From: a bacterium | GTDB taxonomy: Bacteria > Actinomycetota > Acidimicrobiia > Spongiisociales > Spongiisociaceae | Direction: 5' to 3' | Length of the DNA stretch: 64,000 nt | Assembly (NCBI GenBank): GCA_028821235.1 | Contig: JAPPGV010000076.1 | Location: forward strand, 32,657 to 96,656 | Shown here: positions 17,933 to 27,408 of the stretch, in pieces | How positions within the stretch are numbered: the stretch's first letter is position 1 | Layout of the letters: every line of letters starts with the position of its first letter | Notes under the pieces: model-generated | What the model saw: only the letters and a program-made list of their open reading frames with translations | The model's database searches: none | Told to the model about the DNA's origin: nothing | Translations under genes and position numbers: made by a program

Positions 17933-19651
17933 TCAGACCACAACCACCTGGACGGTGTGGTAGCCGGTGGCCCCGTCCGGCCGCGGCGGGACTATCTCGG
18001 AGGTCTGGGTGTACCCGGTCCGGTCGGTAGCCCGCACCGCGATGGTGTGAGGACCCGGTGTGAAGTCGTACTCGAGGTGCCACTGGCGCCAGGTGTCGAT
18101 AGCCAACTCCTCGGGCAGGATGGCCTCCATCCACGGCCCGCCATCGACCTGAACCTCGACCGTGTCGATGCCTCGATTCTGCGCCCACGCCACTCCAGCG
18201 ATGGCCCGCGTACCAGCGCCGACGGTGCCCGGACGGGGCGTGTCGATGCGGGACTGGGTCTTGATCGGGGCCTGCTTGGCCCAGCCGCGCGGAATCCAGT
18301 AGGCGTCGAAGTCCTCCCAGCGGGCGAACTCGACCTCGGACAGCCACTTGGTGGCGGAGACGTACCCGTACAGGCCGGAGACCACCAGCCGGGCGGGGAA
18401 GCCGTGCCTGACCGGAAGCGGCTCTCCGTTCATGCCGATGGCCAGCAGGGCCTCCCGTCCGTCGAAGACCGCCTCGGTGGGGAAGCCCACCGTGAAGCGA
18501 TCGACCGAACGGCCGATCAACTGCGTGCCTTCGGGCTGGACCCCGGCCCGCTCCACCAGATCCCTGAGGGGCACGCCGAGCCACTTGGCGTTGCCGATCA
18601 GGTCGCCCCCCACGGAGTTGGAGACGCAGCAGATGGTGATGTAGCGCTCCACCATGGGAAGTGCTATCAACTCGTCATAGGTGAGGCTGAAGGGTGAGTC
18701 CACGAGGCCGGTGAAGCTGACCTCCCAGGTGTCCAGGTCGACGTTGGGGATGCTGAGAGCGGTGTCGATCCGGTAGAAGGTCTCGTTGGGCGTGATCAAC
18801 TCCGACACCCCCTCCACCTGGGCGATCTGGGCGGGCGTCGGATCGGCCACGGTGCGTACCACCTCCTCAACGGCCCGGGTGGTGGTTGTCGTGGCCTCCG
18901 TCACCGGGGCTTCCTCGACCGCCGCCGCGGTGGCTGCCGTGGTGGTGGCGGCAGGCGCGGCTGTGGTAGTGGGCGAGGCGGCCACCGTAGGAAGGGTGAC
19001 CTGCTCACGGGCCGCCACCACCGACTGGGTCCGGTCGGCGGCGAGCCGCCCGATCACCACCTGGCCCGCCGCGAGCACCACTGCGGCGCCCGAGGCGGTC
19101 ATGAACGCCCGCCGGGAGTCCGGAGACACGGCCGGGACGGGATCGGTGCCCTCCGCGGCCGGTCCCTGGAGCAGGCGGCGGAGCAGGACGAGCACGGCGA
19201 TGCCGCTCACGGCCGCCGCTACAGCCGGAATGAGGGTGGCGCCGGCGGTGGCGAGCGGATCGGTGATTCCCAGGGCGTAGCCGAGCACGCCGAAGGCCAC
19301 GAAGCCGATCGCCGCCAACTCCATACGCTTGCGGGCCACCACACCCAGCAGGCCGCCGATGATGATCGTCACCACCACGATCCCGCCGATCAGGACCGCC
19401 TTGTCGTTGGTTCCGAAGACGGCGATGGCCCAGTCCTTGAGGGCGGCGGGGGTGATGTCGATGAACCGCTGCCCGATGGTCAGCACCAGCGATGGCGCCG
19501 ACACGAAGAAGGAGGCGAGCATCTCGGAAAAAGCCACGGCGAACCCGCTCGCCACCAGCCCGGCGAGGAAGTAGTCCCTGGTCGATCTCCACCCGCTCGG
19601 GGGCGGGTTGCCCGAGGAGATAGCGTCCGGGCCCACAGGTTCAGCGGCCAT
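17933..19651 (-). CDS. Molybdopterin-dependent oxidoreductase (sulfite oxidase/YedY family) fused to an N-terminal multi-TM domain
   Basis: Several TM helices, a Tat-like SRRAFM, an Ala/Thr-rich linker, then a Mo-domain pattern with the conserved Cys (ITICCVSNSVGG) and a dimerisation-like C-terminus. Confidence 0.8.
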   Translation of the reverse strand: MAAEPVGPDAISSGNPPPSGWRSTRDYFLAGLVASGFAVAFSEMLASFFVSAPSLVLTIGQRFIDITPAALKDWAIAVFGTNDKAVLIGGIVVVTIIIGGLLGVVARKRMELAAIGFVAFGVLGYALGITDPLATAGATLIPAVAAAVSGIAVLVLLRRLLQGPAAEGTDPVPAVSPDSRRAFMTASGAAVVLAAGQVVIGRLAADRTQSVVAAREQVTLPTVAASPTTTAAPAATTTAATAAAVEEAPVTEATTTTTRAVEEVVRTVADPTPAQIAQVEGVSELITPNETFYRIDTALSIPNVDLDTWEVSFTGLVDSPFSLTYDELIALPMVERYITICCVSNSVGGDLIGNAKWLGVPLRDLVERAGVQPEGTQLIGRSVDRFTVGFPTEAVFDGREALLAIGMNGEPLPVRHGFPARLVVSGLYGYVSATKWLSEVEFARWEDFDAYWIPRGWAKQAPIKTQSRIDTPRPGTVGAGTRAIAGVAWAQNRGIDTVEVQVDGGPWMEAILPEELAIDTWRQWHLEYDFTPGPHTIAVRATDRTGYTQTSEIVPPRPDGATGYHTVQVVVV

Positions 19652-19848
19652 GGGACAGGGTTAGGATCATCGTGACGGGGACTCTGTGTCTAGCCCCGAC
19701 CGGGTGTGCTTGTTCAGTTGCCATGGCATAAGGATAGGATCCTTGCGATGGCTATTGCAGGCGTCCTGGCACCGAGCCCGCGGTCGGTCATGCGGAATCC
19801 TGCATGTCGCGCCGGAGAACAGCGCTACCAAGGGAAGGAACCGGAACA

Positions 19849-20262
19849 ATGACCCCGACCCCTAGCGAAGCAGCCGCCATCCCGCAGACCGAGGAGGAGT
19901 GGCGGGAGAAGCTGACCCCGATGCAGTACCAAGTAGCTCGCGAAGCCGGTACCGAGCGGGCCTTCAGCGGCGAGTACTGGAACACCAAGGACGCCGGCAC
20001 CTACATGTGCATCGGCTGCGGTATCCCGCTGTTCCGTAGCGAGACCAAGTACGACTCCGGGACCGGGTGGCCCAGCTTCTACGAATCGGTAGAGGGAGCG
20101 CCGGTGGAGGAGCGCCACGACTACAGCTACGGAATGGTGCGCACCGAGGTGGTGTGTGGCAGTTGCGACTCACACCTGGGGCACGTCTTCCCCGACGGCC
20201 CGCAGCCGACCGGTCTGCGCTACTGCATGAACTCGGCCTCGCTCGATCTCAAGCCCGACTGA
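19849..20262 (+). CDS. msrB: Peptide-methionine (R)-S-oxide reductase
   Basis: Zinc CxxC pairs ([15 protein letters not shown]) and the catalytic RYCMNS motif. Confidence 0.95.
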   Translation: MTPTPSEAAAIPQTEEEWREKLTPMQYQVAREAGTERAFSGEYWNTKDAGTYMCIGCGIPLFRSETKYDSGTGWPSFYESVEGAPVEERHDYSYGMVRTEVVCGSCDSHLGHVFPDGPQPTGLRYCMNSASLDLKPD

Positions 20263-20309
20263 CCCGGCCGATTCTCGGACAACCTGCGCCGGTCACCCTC
20301 CCACAGAGG

Positions 20310-20520
20310 GGTTGAACGTGTCACTTGGTCGTTGTATGTTGTTGAACAACCGCAATAACCAACGGCCCGGTACGGACGTCTACCAGGCCGCTCGAGGGAT
20401 CAAATCGTTCGGGGCAGCCCCCACCAGGGCATAGCACAACGCGCCCCGACCCCAGGTGGTGGCGGTGGGGGAGGGCCCAACGGGCGAAGCCCGATCTCCG
20501 CGATTTTCGCGTTCTTGGCC
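20310..20520 (-). repeat. Structured intergenic element with C-rich motifs, copy A (minus orientation)
   Basis: Shares ordered blocks with 58140-58370: AACGCGAAAA, GCTTCGC hairpin, GGGCyCCCTCCCCC..CCACC, GATCCCTCG..GGTA, GTACCGG. Lies immediately 3' of the upstream gene. Confidence 0.55.
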
Positions 20521-20532
20521 GACTAGCGGCCG

Positions 20533-21282
20533 CTAGCCGCTGTTGCCGGGCGTTGGGATGTAACGGATCACCTCGTCGACCAGCTTGCTGAAGGGGAGCG
20601 ACTGCAACCAGACCCGTCCGGTGCCTTCCAAGGTCGCCAGGAACAGGCCCTCGCCGCCCAGGAACATGGTCGACGCCCGTCCGGCCCGCTCGATCGAGAA
20701 CTCGATCTGGGGCTCGAACGCCACTATGCAACCGGTGTCTATCCGGAGTTTCTCGCCCACCAAACGCTTCTCGACGATGGTGCCGCCCGCGTGTAGGAAC
20801 GCCATACCGTCACCCGAGATGTCCTGGAGGATGAATCCCTCGCCGCCGAAGAATCCGGCGCCGAGTTTCCGGTTGAGGGCGATGTCGAGCTTGGTACCGC
20901 GCGCCGCGCAGAGAAACGCCTTCTGCTGGGCCCGGATCCGGCCACCGATCTGCGCGAGGTCGAGCGGCACGATCTTTCCCGGATACGGAGATCCGAACGC
21001 CACCTTACGCCGGCCGCCGCCCTGGTTGGTGAAGTGGGCCAGAAACGCCGACTCGCCCGCCAGCGCCCGCTTGCCGGCCGATTTGAGCTTCCCCCACGCC
21101 CCCTGGTTGGGTTCCGACCCGTCGCCCATCTTGACCTCGAACGTGATGCCGTCCTCGATGTACATCATCGCCCCGGACTCGGCCACCACCGTCTCCTGCG
21201 GGTCCAGTTCCACCTCCACGAACTGCAGGTCATCACCGACAATCCGGTAGTCGACCTCATGACTCCTCACGCCCACCTCCAA
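20533..21282 (-). CDS. TIGR00266/AIM24 (DUF124) family protein
   Basis: Family-typical pattern ([33 protein letters not shown]). Confidence 0.8.
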   Translation of the reverse strand: MEVGVRSHEVDYRIVGDDLQFVEVELDPQETVVAESGAMMYIEDGITFEVKMGDGSEPNQGAWGKLKSAGKRALAGESAFLAHFTNQGGGRRKVAFGSPYPGKIVPLDLAQIGGRIRAQQKAFLCAARGTKLDIALNRKLGAGFFGGEGFILQDISGDGMAFLHAGGTIVEKRLVGEKLRIDTGCIVAFEPQIEFSIERAGRASTMFLGGEGLFLATLEGTGRVWLQSLPFSKLVDEVIRYIPTPGNSG

Positions 21283-21395
21283 AACGCTGATACCGATGGA
21301 CCACTCCAGAACCTACCACCGCGCCCCGTAGCTGCCGCGCCAATCCGTGCTACACGAGATTCACCAATCGATTCATGTCATAGAAGGTTGATATA

Positions 21396-22682
21396 GTGTT
21401 ACACATGTTTAGAGGTGTCCCTCGGGTCTCTATCCGGTCTTCGATGCTTGAACCGGTGCGGATGAACCGGACGGCCCGGGCGGCCGTGATCATCGGCCTT
21501 CTACTCGGACTCCTCGCTCCGGGATACCCGGTCGAGGCTGCCGAGCCACGGACCGACACCGCCCCCTTCGGCACCATGGTCGTGAACGGATTCCTGGTGC
21601 CGATCCCGCGCCCGAAGAACGACCACCTCGTCATGCACCCGGTGGCCCGGATCAGCGGCGACCTCGCCCCCAAGTCGGTCGTGGCGTCAGGCACCGGGTT
21701 GTACCTGGCTCAGAACATGATGTACCGGCACACGATCTCGGTCCTCGACCACACGAAGCGCATCGTCAAGACCATCGACGATGCGGTCAACCTGCGGGAG
21801 TTCGGGTATGACGCCTCCGGAGACACCTACCGGGGATCACCCGTGGAGGCGGCCTTCACTTCGGACGGATCGTTCGCATTCGTGTCCAACTACCGCATGT
21901 ACGGCCCGGGATACGACCCGCAGGCCGGCAGCGACAGCTGCGGTAAGGACCAGGGACAGGACAGTTTCGTGTACCGCATAGACGCCACGGCGCTTGAGAT
22001 CGACCGTGTCTATCCGGTCGGTCCCGTACCGAAGCACCTGGCCGTGACGCCGGACGACCGTCTCCTGGTGGTATCGAACTGGTGCGGCTTCGATGTCACA
22101 GTCATCGACCTGGTCACACATGAGACGCTTGCGGAGATCTACGTCGGTAGGCACCCGAGAGGGGTCGCCATCACGAGCGACGGTACGACCGCGTACGTGG
22201 CCGTGATGGGCTCGACCGGCATAGCCGCCATCGACCTCTCGGCGTTCTCATCCGAGGGTGCGGATCGCGGGACAACAGGCCCACCCGCGCCGACGTACAT
22301 ACGCGACGTCGGGATCTCGCCGCGCCATCTGGTGCTGAGCCCGGACGGCAGAACCCTGTATGCGACGCTCAACGGAGAGGACGCGGTGGTAGCGGTCGAT
22401 CTCGACTCGGGACAGGTCATCCGCCGCGCCCGGACCGGCCAGGCGCCCCGCAGCATTGATATCTCCTCCGACGGCACGGCCCTCTATGTCGTCAACTACA
22501 AGTCGCACACCGTGAGCAAGCTACGGGCCCGCGACTTCACCATCCTCCAGGAGCTCGACACGACCCCCAGACCCATCGGGATCACCTACGACCCCTTCAG
22601 CAACGAGGTCTGGGTCTCAACCTATTCGGGCACCATCCACGTATACGCCGAGCAGGCCACGGGGCCGGCTTACGGCACCTGA
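21396..22682 (+). CDS. Secreted YVTN-type beta-propeller repeat protein
   Basis: N-terminal signal-like helix. Repeated units of about 40 aa: P.GVAITSDG.TAYV, PRHLVLSPDGRTLY, PRSIDISSDGTALYV. Confidence 0.75.
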   Translation: MLHMFRGVPRVSIRSSMLEPVRMNRTARAAVIIGLLLGLLAPGYPVEAAEPRTDTAPFGTMVVNGFLVPIPRPKNDHLVMHPVARISGDLAPKSVVASGTGLYLAQNMMYRHTISVLDHTKRIVKTIDDAVNLREFGYDASGDTYRGSPVEAAFTSDGSFAFVSNYRMYGPGYDPQAGSDSCGKDQGQDSFVYRIDATALEIDRVYPVGPVPKHLAVTPDDRLLVVSNWCGFDVTVIDLVTHETLAEIYVGRHPRGVAITSDGTTAYVAVMGSTGIAAIDLSAFSSEGADRGTTGPPAPTYIRDVGISPRHLVLSPDGRTLYATLNGEDAVVAVDLDSGQVIRRARTGQAPRSIDISSDGTALYVVNYKSHTVSKLRARDFTILQELDTTPRPIGITYDPFSNEVWVSTYSGTIHVYAEQATGPAYGT

Positions 22683-23244
22683 CCGTCCCGCAGATAGCGC
22701 GGTACCTGAGTCGAAATCCTTCTCTTGGGGCTGTCGATCACAGCGGTGGGGCCACCAGCGACGTGCATCACTAACTCCTCGACGAAGTTACCGTCGTTCC
22801 CATGGGAGCCATCCTGATGGCGGGAAGCGTCTTTCGAGTCCCAGCCGCCGAACGGGATGCGTCACGGCGGCGGAGGCTTCACGCTCGGGAATGCTCTTCG
22901 GCCGGAGGGTGGCGATCAGGGGAATCAGTTACCGGATTTCGGTGTCGGGAGAGTGACGCGGAGGGTAACCCCTCAGCCGGAAGACACCGACACCACCGGC
23001 ATCGGCGTCAAGGTCACCAACCCGAGAGTGAGAGTTGGGACCGACCCATCACTCCCACCGTCCTCTCACGAAGCCTCGCTGGCCGACTCCGGCCCGGGAG
23101 CGGCAGCGTGTCATTGAGCCACCAACCACTTGGCCGCCCTGTCCCCGTGCCTGGGGTCCTCACCTCTGCGGGATTCCCCGGTGCGAGGGCCAGTTCGGCC
23201 GGAACCCGAATTGGCTATACGTGACCTCTGAAAGGAGGTGAGAG

Positions 23245-24858
23245 ATGACCGGAGAAAAGGAGTCATCCAGCAGCAAGACGAAGCCTGGCACCGTCGCCAT
23301 AACAGTGGCAGGCTTCACGGTGCTGACGACAGTCGCACTGCTCACTGCCTGGCCGACCCCGGCCCTCAGCGTTGTTCCTGATCCCACCCCCGTATGTCCC
23401 GCCCCCATCGCCGAGGGCGATTCCGACCGCATCGGGATGCGCTGGGACGGCCCCCCGATCGGCCCCAAGTACTTCTACGCCTCAATCGATGGCCACACCG
23501 CCGACTACAGGGACTTCGCGGCCTATGGGAGGCTGAGGGTCGACGCCCAGGGCGATAGCGACACCCTGTGGGTCCCCGTGGTGACGACGCAGGACACCCG
23601 GCCTGAACACGACGAGACCTTCGAAATGGGCCTCTTCGCCCATGGCAGATTCCACTCCTGCGTCGTCACGATCGTGGACGACGACGCCCCGACCATCACC
23701 GGGGTGGCCGTCACCTCCACGCCTGCCCGGGGAGATAGCTACCGCAGCGGGGAGAACATCGACATCACGCTGACCTTCGACATGGCGGTAGATGTGGCGG
23801 ACGATGCTTGGCTGACCCTCCGCCTCGGAGACGGAGACCATTACACCCCAAGAGAAGCGCGGTACCTCCGGGGCTCCGGGACCAGACACCTGGTCTTCCG
23901 GTACCAGGTCCAACCCTCCGACAGTGACCCTGACGGCATCGCTGTCAGCGGCACCGCCCACGATGACGGCTCAACCCACGGCTTGGGCGGCACCGTCTAT
24001 GCGCGGGGGACCGACGTACCAATCGATCGCACCCACGCAGGTCTCGAAACGGCGGCCAACCACAAAGTCGACGGCAGACCCTATGTGAAACATGTCGGGG
24101 TCATCTCAACGCCGCCCGACGGATGGGAGACCTACCGGGCTGGTCAGGCCATCGAGATCGCACTCACCTTCGACACCAACGTGGTCGTGGAAGGAGAAGT
24201 GCGCCTGGGACTCTATGTCGGTCTGATCCATGACAACTGGGCCGAAGCCTGGCGAGAGGCCGGCTACCTCAGAGGCTCGGGCACCGACACCCTGGTCTTC
24301 AGCTACACCGTCGCGCCGGGAGACACGGACATCAGGGGGATCGCCATCCCCGGCGGCGCCATCGCAGTCCTGGGAAGCGGGACCATCAAGGCCGAAGGCA
24401 CCGATGTCGAATACCAGATGCATTTCCCGGCTACCGGCCATCTACCGGATCACAAGATCGACACCGCCGCTCCCACAGTCTCGGGCATCTACGTAACATC
24501 CCGGCCCGCCAACGGGCAGGCCTACCGGACGGGCGAAACAATCAGGGTGGAGGTGGTGTTCAGCGAACCGGTCACCGGGACCGGCGACCTCCAGTTGGAA
24601 CTGGACATCGGCGGTGAGAACCGGCGTGCCACCCTCCGGCCCGACACCAACCCGAACCGGCGCTTCAACAACGACCTGGTGTTCGAATACCAGGTCCAGG
24701 CAGACGACACCGACCCCGACGGAATCCAGATCAGCGCCAACAGCATCCAACTCAACGGCGGCACCATCCACGACCGCGCCGGTAACGCCGCCGCCCTCTC
24801 CCACCAACCCGTTGCCGCCTACCCGCACCAAAAGGTCAGCACCGACGTCGACTACTAG
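23245..24858 (+). CDS. Membrane-anchored/secreted protein: Calx-beta-like domain plus three homologous domains of about 110 aa
   Basis: Good RBS (AAAGGAGG). TM/signal VAITVAGFTVLTTVALL. Calx-beta-like ...TADYRDF...DETFEMGL...VTIVDDD. Recurring G(S)GT..LVF.Y.V...D.D.DGI. Confidence 0.7.
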   Translation: MTGEKESSSSKTKPGTVAITVAGFTVLTTVALLTAWPTPALSVVPDPTPVCPAPIAEGDSDRIGMRWDGPPIGPKYFYASIDGHTADYRDFAAYGRLRVDAQGDSDTLWVPVVTTQDTRPEHDETFEMGLFAHGRFHSCVVTIVDDDAPTITGVAVTSTPARGDSYRSGENIDITLTFDMAVDVADDAWLTLRLGDGDHYTPREARYLRGSGTRHLVFRYQVQPSDSDPDGIAVSGTAHDDGSTHGLGGTVYARGTDVPIDRTHAGLETAANHKVDGRPYVKHVGVISTPPDGWETYRAGQAIEIALTFDTNVVVEGEVRLGLYVGLIHDNWAEAWREAGYLRGSGTDTLVFSYTVAPGDTDIRGIAIPGGAIAVLGSGTIKAEGTDVEYQMHFPATGHLPDHKIDTAAPTVSGIYVTSRPANGQAYRTGETIRVEVVFSEPVTGTGDLQLELDIGGENRRATLRPDTNPNRRFNNDLVFEYQVQADDTDPDGIQISANSIQLNGGTIHDRAGNAAALSHQPVAAYPHQKVSTDVDY

Positions 24859-25034
24859 GAGTTCCTCGGAAGCGGGTGTTACGAGGACTTGGTCCACGTA
24901 TGCGCTAGTCGGCCGGACGCCTCTCCCGGCTCCCCGCTGATAAACGCTCTCACTCAGTCATTAGCTGTATATGTGTGATAATTTTTCAAGCATCCTTCAT
25001 AGCTTGTCACAGGGTGTTGTTATGCTCATACATT

Positions 25035-26270
25035 ATGTATGAAGTGACAGCTTTCCACGATGCCGACTCGATCCTGGTCGCCGAGAACAACCTCAACGAT
25101 GCCCAGCGGGAGATCGACCGCCTCCGTGGCCGCCAGCTTGCCTGGTTGAAGATGGTGGTTCGCCATCGGGGCATCGTCCGGGACGGGTACCGCTCCCTGA
25201 TCGACTGGACAGCCTCTCGGCTGGACATACCTCATACGGTTGCTCGGGATCTCGCCTATCTGGCCCGGCGGTTGGACGATGACACCATCGACCTCATAGG
25301 GCGAGGGCACCTGCCCTTCGACCGCACCGTCTCCCAGCGGCGGCTCCTCCAAGCCGGAGCCAGCCCCTCCGATGTAGCCGCGTCAGAGGACCTGGACCTG
25401 GCAGGGGTCACGAAGCTGGCCACCAGGTTCCGCAAGCTCAGCAGGGGAGACGAGCGGAGCGCCTTCGAGCGGCAGTATGTCAACCTGCGCGTGTCCGACG
25501 ACGGCGCTGTATGGCACCTGTCGGGCAGGTTCACGGCCACCGACGGACAACTCGTGCGCCACGCCCTGGACCGCCGAGCCGACCAGATCCCACCCCTCAC
25601 CTCCGACTCCGATCCCGAATCTGAGCTGACACCCACTCAGAAACAAGCCATCGGCCTCGTCACCATGGCCCAAGACGACCTGGACCAACACCTCATCCCC
25701 GGCGACCCCGCCGGGCGGGAACCCGTAATCATGCTCATCAAGGACGAAGCCCTCGCCGACCAATCAGACAACACCCAAGGCGTAGAGGTGTTCGGGGGCC
25801 CCCGGGTCGGACCCCAAATCGTCGAGACGGTCGAATGCGAAGGACGCACCGAAGAAGTCACCATCCAGGACAGCCAAGTCGTGGAAATCGGGCCAGTGCA
25901 ACGTCAGGTTCCCAAACGGCTCCGCCGAGCAGTGTTAGCAAGGGACCGGAAGTGTGTGATCGACTCGTGCCGGAGCGGCTACCGGCTCCAAACCCACCAC
26001 ATCATCCCCAGACGCGACGGCGGTCCCGACACGGCCGACAACCTCGCCACCCTCTGCTGGTACCACCACCACATCGCCATCCACCGAAGAGGACACCGCA
26101 TCGACCGCCACACACCACCACACCGCCGCCGGCTCCTTCCACCCCGAACCTGGCCCCACTACCGGCACCCCACCAACGTCGAGTACCTCAGCCCCCACCA
26201 ACAACAACAGCGCGCCTACCAGGCCTTCCTCGACAAATACCACCCCCAACAACCCCACCCCGGCGGATAG
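25035..26270 (+). CDS. HNH endonuclease with DUF222-type N-terminal region (REP13E12-like)
   Basis: HNH motif HHIIPRRDGGPDTADNLATLCWYHHHIAIH. Long helical N-terminal domain. His/Pro/Gln-rich tail. ATG at 25035 follows a strikingly AT-rich leader. Confidence 0.85.
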   Translation: MYEVTAFHDADSILVAENNLNDAQREIDRLRGRQLAWLKMVVRHRGIVRDGYRSLIDWTASRLDIPHTVARDLAYLARRLDDDTIDLIGRGHLPFDRTVSQRRLLQAGASPSDVAASEDLDLAGVTKLATRFRKLSRGDERSAFERQYVNLRVSDDGAVWHLSGRFTATDGQLVRHALDRRADQIPPLTSDSDPESELTPTQKQAIGLVTMAQDDLDQHLIPGDPAGREPVIMLIKDEALADQSDNTQGVEVFGGPRVGPQIVETVECEGRTEEVTIQDSQVVEIGPVQRQVPKRLRRAVLARDRKCVIDSCRSGYRLQTHHIIPRRDGGPDTADNLATLCWYHHHIAIHRRGHRIDRHTPPHRRRLLPPRTWPHYRHPTNVEYLSPHQQQQRAYQAFLDKYHPQQPHPGG

Positions 26271-26330
26271 CAACCACACCTATACCGGACACGCCCGGCG
26301 TCCCGAAGCGCCTGGTCATAAGATGTTTCC

Positions 26331-26870
26331 ATGCGTATCAGGACTGCGGAATTGCGGGATGCCGACTCGCTCGCCAGGGTTCACGTCGACTCGTGGCGGT
26401 CCACCTATGCCGGCATCTTGCCTGACGAGTTCTTGGCCGGACTCTCGTACCGGGACAGGGAGTCGTTCTGGGAACAGGTCCTGACGACGGCGCGGCCCAC
26501 CGTCAGCAACTTCCTCGCGGAAACCGCATCCGGTTATGTGGTCGGCTTGGCCGGGGGAGGGCCGGAGCGAACGGGCAACGAGACCTACGTGGGGGAGCTC
26601 TATCTCGTCTACCTACTCGAGCAGTACCAGCGCAGGGGTTTGGGGCGCCTCCTCGTCTCGGCCGTGGCGGAGAGGCTGGTGGCGGACGGGTTCGAATCGA
26701 TGCTGCTGTGGGTGGCAAAGGACAACCATCCCGCGTGCCGCTTCTATGAGGCGCTCGGAGGGGAACCGATCGACAGCAGAACCATCGACATCGCCGGAGC
26801 AGGCATAGCCGAAGTGGCCTACGGATGGCAGCAGGTCGCCGACCTGTTGACCGATCAGGCAGGAGTCTGA
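26331..26870 (+). CDS. GNAT family N-acetyltransferase
   Basis: Acetyl-CoA binding block YQRRGLGRLLV and GNAT-typical beta4-alpha3 pattern. Confidence 0.85.
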   Translation: MRIRTAELRDADSLARVHVDSWRSTYAGILPDEFLAGLSYRDRESFWEQVLTTARPTVSNFLAETASGYVVGLAGGGPERTGNETYVGELYLVYLLEQYQRRGLGRLLVSAVAERLVADGFESMLLWVAKDNHPACRFYEALGGEPIDSRTIDIAGAGIAEVAYGWQQVADLLTDQAGV

Positions 26871-26921
26871 GCAACCCACACTACAGTGGAGCGCCCAATT
26901 CGCCTGCCCGGGACCGTGATC

Positions 26922-27359
26922 ATGTCCATCCGAAGGTTCACCGAAGTCGAGGCCTACCAGCACGCCGACGACGGCTACTACTACCGGCCGCTGGTCGCCG
27001 GGAAGGAGCTGTTCTCCTACGTGGCCCACGTTCCCGCCGGCGGCTACATGCCACCCGATGCCGAGGAGGCCGAGCTGTTCGAGCTCTCGCTGTTCATGCT
27101 CGAGGGACACCTCGACGGGATCCTCGACGAGGACCGCGTGGCCCTTTCTCCCGGCGATGCGCTCCACATTCCCAGGGGAATGCCCTTCGGAGTAGAGAAC
27201 CGGGGTTCTGCCACGGTCTCGTTCGTGCTCAGCTTCGCACCACCGCCACCCGGAGTAGACCTCGACACCATGAAGCAGTCAGCCATTGACCGCGGCCGGG
27301 TTGTCATCGAAGCCCCCGACGTAGAGGACGTAGTAGGCCCAGTCACCTTCCCGGCGTAG
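26922..27359 (+). CDS. Cupin domain protein
   Basis: Small beta-barrel pattern (LSPGDALHIPRGMPFGVEN.G). Start ambiguous (26886 or 26922). Confidence 0.65.
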   Translation: MSIRRFTEVEAYQHADDGYYYRPLVAGKELFSYVAHVPAGGYMPPDAEEAELFELSLFMLEGHLDGILDEDRVALSPGDALHIPRGMPFGVENRGSATVSFVLSFAPPPPGVDLDTMKQSAIDRGRVVIEAPDVEDVVGPVTFPA

Positions 27360-27408
27360 GCATCAGAGTCTCGGCCGGCGGTTTGGACTCGGCACAACAG
27401 GGGCGTAG

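Noticed and set aside
17727-18584. 285-aa minus ORF running through the MITE into the molybdoenzyme gene; likewise 50998-51717
   Set aside because: Both are out-of-frame shadows. The shared peptide over the MITE only reflects the nucleotide repeat.
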